Of a stretch of DNA of 64,000 nucleotides, positions 60,944-64,000 are shown piece by piece. The DNA is from an uncultured Verrucomicrobiae bacterium (lineage in GTDB: Bacteria > Verrucomicrobiota > Verrucomicrobiia > Limisphaerales > UBA11358), in assembly GCA_963842445.1 (NCBI GenBank), contig CAWJHF010000009.1, forward strand, positions 20,217 to 84,216, read 5' to 3'. How positions within the stretch are numbered: the stretch's first letter is position 1; the number at the start of each line of letters is the position of its first letter. The translations under genes and the position numbers were made by a program. The notes beneath the pieces are model-generated. The model did no database searches. It saw only the letters and a program-made list of their open reading frames with translations, and was not told the origin of the DNA.

Positions 60944-62373
60944 TTGGCTGTCAGGAACCTTTCCACGCCCTCGGCAATGTTGCAACCCGACAAAATTGAA
61001 TCACCCAGCGAAACACCGTCGCGATAGTGGCCGGCAAAAAACAGCCCGGGCGCCTGGTTTTCAATTTCCGTCAACAGTCCCCGGTAACGGCCATACCCAA
61101 GATTATATTGCGGAATCGCCTTGGGATACACCACACCATGCACAAATGCCGGCTGGCCGCGCACCCCAAGCAGAACGCGCAAATCCTCGCATGTCAATTC
61201 GACCAATTTGTCCATCGGTAATAAAGCGAGTTCAGGCTGCCGCTCGCCGCCCAAGTAGCTCGTGAGCGTGAGATGTCCGGCGGGCGCGCGGTTCGGAAAC
61301 AGCGATGACGAGAAAATTGTGCCGAGAATGTTGAAGCCCTCAATTTTTGGAATCAACATCCCGAAACCCTGGCAAGGATGAGCAACGTCCTCGCGCCGAA
61401 AGCCCAAAACGACGCTCGCCACCGGCGGATAACGGATTTCGGAGAATGCAGAAAGATCAAGCCTTGATTGGAGCGCCGGTCTCCGATCCGGCGTGTTGCC
61501 GCCTTTGATTCGCGCCGGGGCGGAGACCGGCGCTCCAAGTTCCACGTTCAATTCCGCCAATTTATGCGCCGTGCCGCAATAAATCACCGCGCTGTGTTCC
61601 GCTTCACCCGCGGAAGTTGAAACCCGCCATCCACTCTCCATCAGTGTGATTTTTGTGACCGATGTGTTGAGTTTCACCGCGTCGCCGAGTTCCAGTTGGA
61701 GCTTGTCCGGCAAAACCTGCAGACCTTCGTCGAAGGAAAACTTTGGCGCGCGGTCTTTGGCGATTTCGCCGCGCCGTTTGCGTTCGCCTGCGCCGAAAAT
61801 CTGGCCTTTGATGAGCGAACCGTAACGTGCTTCGAGTTCGGTCAGCCTCGGGAATGCCTGTTGAACGGATAATTTGTAAGGATCACCCGCATAAACACCG
61901 GCCACCAACGCGTCAATCACGTGATCCAAAAATTCCCGGTTCAGCCGGCGTTCGACGAATTCGGCGACGCTTTCTTCCTTGCCATCGCGGCGGCGTGGCA
62001 CGAATGGTTCGCGCAACACGGCAAGCTTGGCTTTGGCGGTGAAAAGTCTTGTCGTGAAAAATCCCAGCGGCGACCCCGGCATCACGATGGGCCGCTGGTA
62101 ACGGACGACGTATCGTGTCTCGGCTTCCGGCTCGGAATCAAGTCGTCGCGATTCCAAACCCGCGTCGTGGATGAATTGGGCGATTTTCGGCGACGTTTCG
62201 AGGATGGTGTTCGGCCCGCATTCGGCCAGATAACCATCCCGCCGGATGGATTGTATTACGCCACCGACGCGCCCGCCCGCCTCATAAACTGCGACCGGGA
62301 TGCCTTTGCGTTTCAGATAAAACGCCGCAGTCAACCCCGTGATGCCGGCTCCGATGATGGCAACGGATTTCAT
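60940..62373 (-). CDS. hemY: protoporphyrinogen/coproporphyrinogen oxidase (HemY type)
   Basis: MKSVAIIGAGITGLTAAFYL ... GGVIQS ... FAGHYRDGVSLGDSI has the FAD amine-oxidase fold. Confidence 0.85.
   Translation of the reverse strand: MKSVAIIGAGITGLTAAFYLKRKGIPVAVYEAGGRVGGVIQSIRRDGYLAECGPNTILETSPKIAQFIHDAGLESRRLDSEPEAETRYVVRYQRPIVMPGSPLGFFTTRLFTAKAKLAVLREPFVPRRRDGKEESVAEFVERRLNREFLDHVIDALVAGVYAGDPYKLSVQQAFPRLTELEARYGSLIKGQIFGAGERKRRGEIAKDRAPKFSFDEGLQVLPDKLQLELGDAVKLNTSVTKITLMESGWRVSTSAGEAEHSAVIYCGTAHKLAELNVELGAPVSAPARIKGGNTPDRRPALQSRLDLSAFSEIRYPPVASVVLGFRREDVAHPCQGFGMLIPKIEGFNILGTIFSSSLFPNRAPAGHLTLTSYLGGERQPELALLPMDKLVELTCEDLRVLLGVRGQPAFVHGVVYPKAIPQYNLGYGRYRGLLTEIENQAPGLFFAGHYRDGVSLGDSILSGCNIAEGVERFLTAK
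61470..61536. repeat. perfect 15-bp inverted repeat with 37-nt spacer inside hemY
   Basis: ggagcgccggtctcc (61470-61484) and ggagaccggcgctcc (61522-61536). Encodes ~GAPVSAPARIKGGNTPDRRPALQ, a segment that looks inserted relative to my memory of HemY alignments. Confidence 0.6.
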
Positions 62374-62494
62374 TGAGTTGCGGTTAATTTAGGCTAGTTG
62401 CCGAAGTTGTCCAGAATACGACTGTCTGGCGCGAATTTCCTCGAAATTTTCGGCCCGGTCTCTAAAGTAAACGCCATATAACAGCCAACCGGTT

Positions 62495-63910
62495 ATGCTT
62501 GACCGATTCTTTCGCCTTGCGGAAAACCAAACCACAGCGCGCACCGAACTGCTGGCCGGGGTTACGACCTTCCTGACAATGGCCTACATCATTTTTGTCC
62601 AGCCGGCCGTTTTGTCGGGAAAAATGTTCGGCCAGGCGACCGGAATGGATTTTGGCGCAGTCACGACAGCGACCTGTCTTTCGGCGGCGCTCGCCACCGC
62701 CATCATGGCGCTCTACTCGCGTTATCCCATCGCGCAGGCGCCCGGCATGGGGGAAAATTTCTTTTTCGTGTTCTCGGTGATTCCAGCAGCCACGGCGGCG
62801 GGTTTCACCAATGGCTGGCAGGTCGCGCTCGGCACGGTATTCCTTTCCGGCGTGATCTTCCTCGCCTTGTCGCTCATCGGCCTGCGCGAATTGATTTTCA
62901 ACGCGGTCAGCCCCAGCCTCAAAAGCGCCATCGCGGCTGGCATCGGCTTGTTTATCGCGTTCGTCGGGCTGCAAAACGCCGGGGTGATTCTCAAAGACCC
63001 GGGAACGGGCGTGAAACTGAATCCGCACTTCACGTCGCCGGATTTGCTCGTGTTCTTCGCCGGCCTGCTCGTGACGGCGGTGCTGCACGCGCGGCGGGTG
63101 CGTGGCTCGATTTTGTGGGGTATCGTGGCCGCCACCGCGCTTACCTCTGTTTTGAAACTGGCATTGCCTCTCCTGCCAGCGACGATTTCCTCGTCACCCA
63201 CCGTGACCGGCTCTCTGCTCCTGCAGCGATTTGAATTCGCGAAAGGTATTGTGGCCGCGCCGCCTTCGCTCGCGCCCACGTTTTTGCGGATGGATTTCGT
63301 CCATGCGCTGTCGCCCGCCATGCTGCCGCTCGTGTTCGTCTTTCTGTTCATGTTGATGTTCGACGCCATCGGCACACTGATTGGCGTTTGCGAACAGGCC
63401 GGGTTCATGCGCGACAACAAACTGCCACGCGCCAAGCAGGCGATGGTGTCCGACGCGGTCGGCACGGTCGCCGGTGCCGGGCTGGGCACAAGCACGGTGA
63501 CGAGCTTCATCGAAAGCGCCGCCGGCGTGGAACAAGGCGGACGGACGGGTTTGACCGGACTGGTGGTGGCCGTGTTGTTTTTATTGGCGCTGTTTTTCAG
63601 TCCGTTGATTGCGATGGTCGGCAGTTACCCGCCCATCACCGCGCCCGCGCTCGTGATTGTCGGCGCGATGATGCTCCAAAACGCGGCACGAATTGACTGG
63701 AAAGATTACACCGAATCCGTGCCCGCGTTTCTGACCATGATTGGCATTCCGCTGTCGTATTCCATTGCCGACGGTCTGGCGCTGGGGTTCATCACCTATC
63801 CCATCATCAAGCTATTTAGCGGCCGGGGCCGCGAAATCGGCTGGTTGACTTATCTGCTGTCGGTCATCCTTGTGCTGTATTTCATTTTCGTGCGGAGCCG
63901 GATGGGGTAA
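62495..63910 (+). CDS. NCS2 family purine permease (AzgA/PbuG-like)
   Basis: MLDRFFRLAENQTTARTELLAGVTTFLTMAYIIFVQP is the canonical AzgA-type N-terminus. Confidence 0.85.
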   Translation: MLDRFFRLAENQTTARTELLAGVTTFLTMAYIIFVQPAVLSGKMFGQATGMDFGAVTTATCLSAALATAIMALYSRYPIAQAPGMGENFFFVFSVIPAATAAGFTNGWQVALGTVFLSGVIFLALSLIGLRELIFNAVSPSLKSAIAAGIGLFIAFVGLQNAGVILKDPGTGVKLNPHFTSPDLLVFFAGLLVTAVLHARRVRGSILWGIVAATALTSVLKLALPLLPATISSSPTVTGSLLLQRFEFAKGIVAAPPSLAPTFLRMDFVHALSPAMLPLVFVFLFMLMFDAIGTLIGVCEQAGFMRDNKLPRAKQAMVSDAVGTVAGAGLGTSTVTSFIESAAGVEQGGRTGLTGLVVAVLFLLALFFSPLIAMVGSYPPITAPALVIVGAMMLQNAARIDWKDYTESVPAFLTMIGIPLSYSIADGLALGFITYPIIKLFSGRGREIGWLTYLLSVILVLYFIFVRSRMG

Positions 63911-64000
63911 TGCCTTTTGGCGTCAATTGGGTGCCTTTACTGCATAAAATTGGCAATTGAAAGACCGGACGGTTTGAGGCACATTAAGCGTGTGAAAGCG

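Noticed and set aside
62374-62494. Purine riboswitch upstream of the NCS2 permease
   Set aside because: No three-way-junction consensus (UAUAAU...CUACCAG...CUGACUAUG-type) is visible.
62462-63535. Minus-strand ORFs opposite the NCS2 permease
   Set aside because: They are shadow ORFs; the permease frame has the canonical AzgA-type sequence.

Overview
GC-rich bacterial chromosomal segment. Gene content and the repeat repertoire resemble soil PVC-group (Verrucomicrobiota-like) genomes; that lineage call is inference from memory. I support about 55 protein-coding genes, one tRNA-Thr(UGU), no rRNA and no CRISPR array. All coordinates, alignments and mismatch counts were done by hand, and no database search was possible.

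Layout:
- (1) 1-14.3 kb: a tightly overlapping minus-strand surface-glycan operon. It holds a full pseudaminic-acid-type set (pseB, pseC, GNAT, pseG, pseI, pseF) plus extra tailoring enzymes, a flippase and GT4 transferases.
- (2) 15-25.4 kb: an FAD oxidoreductase and an SDR facing a minus-strand array of two GT2 enzymes and three large polytopic (GT-C-like) membrane proteins.
- (3) 25.5-31.7 kb: an accessory patch (yajQ, parDE, two small nucleotidyltransferase cassettes) interleaved with housekeeping genes (beta-CASP MBL hydrolase, infA, thiS, thiH).
- (4) 33-40.7 kb: a PurD-like ATP-grasp gene and three large unknown membrane proteins, with gene relics between them.
- (5) 40.9-64 kb: mostly housekeeping genes (alr, proA, argA, tal, hemH, hemY, NCS2 permease). 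This block also has a tRNA-Thr-anchored AT-richer islet, a divergent RHH pair with a receiver protein, and an outer-membrane barrel.

Most unusual observations:
- Two independent two-gene cassettes (small helical protein plus minimal nucleotidyltransferase) are inserted at the ends of host genes (thiS and the MBL gene). Each is bracketed by a diverged ~95-nt duplication of the host coding sequence. The thiS insertion has overlapping stop/start codons at both junctions.
- A 68-bp palindromic insertion with 11-bp direct repeats frameshifts pseC.
- In-frame 23-codon palindromic inserts sit inside a PurD-like gene and hemY.
- Stop-codon-proximal hairpins are built from inverted heptamer or octamer arrays.
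- Duplication and deletion scars (gene relics) lie between the paralogous membrane-protein genes.
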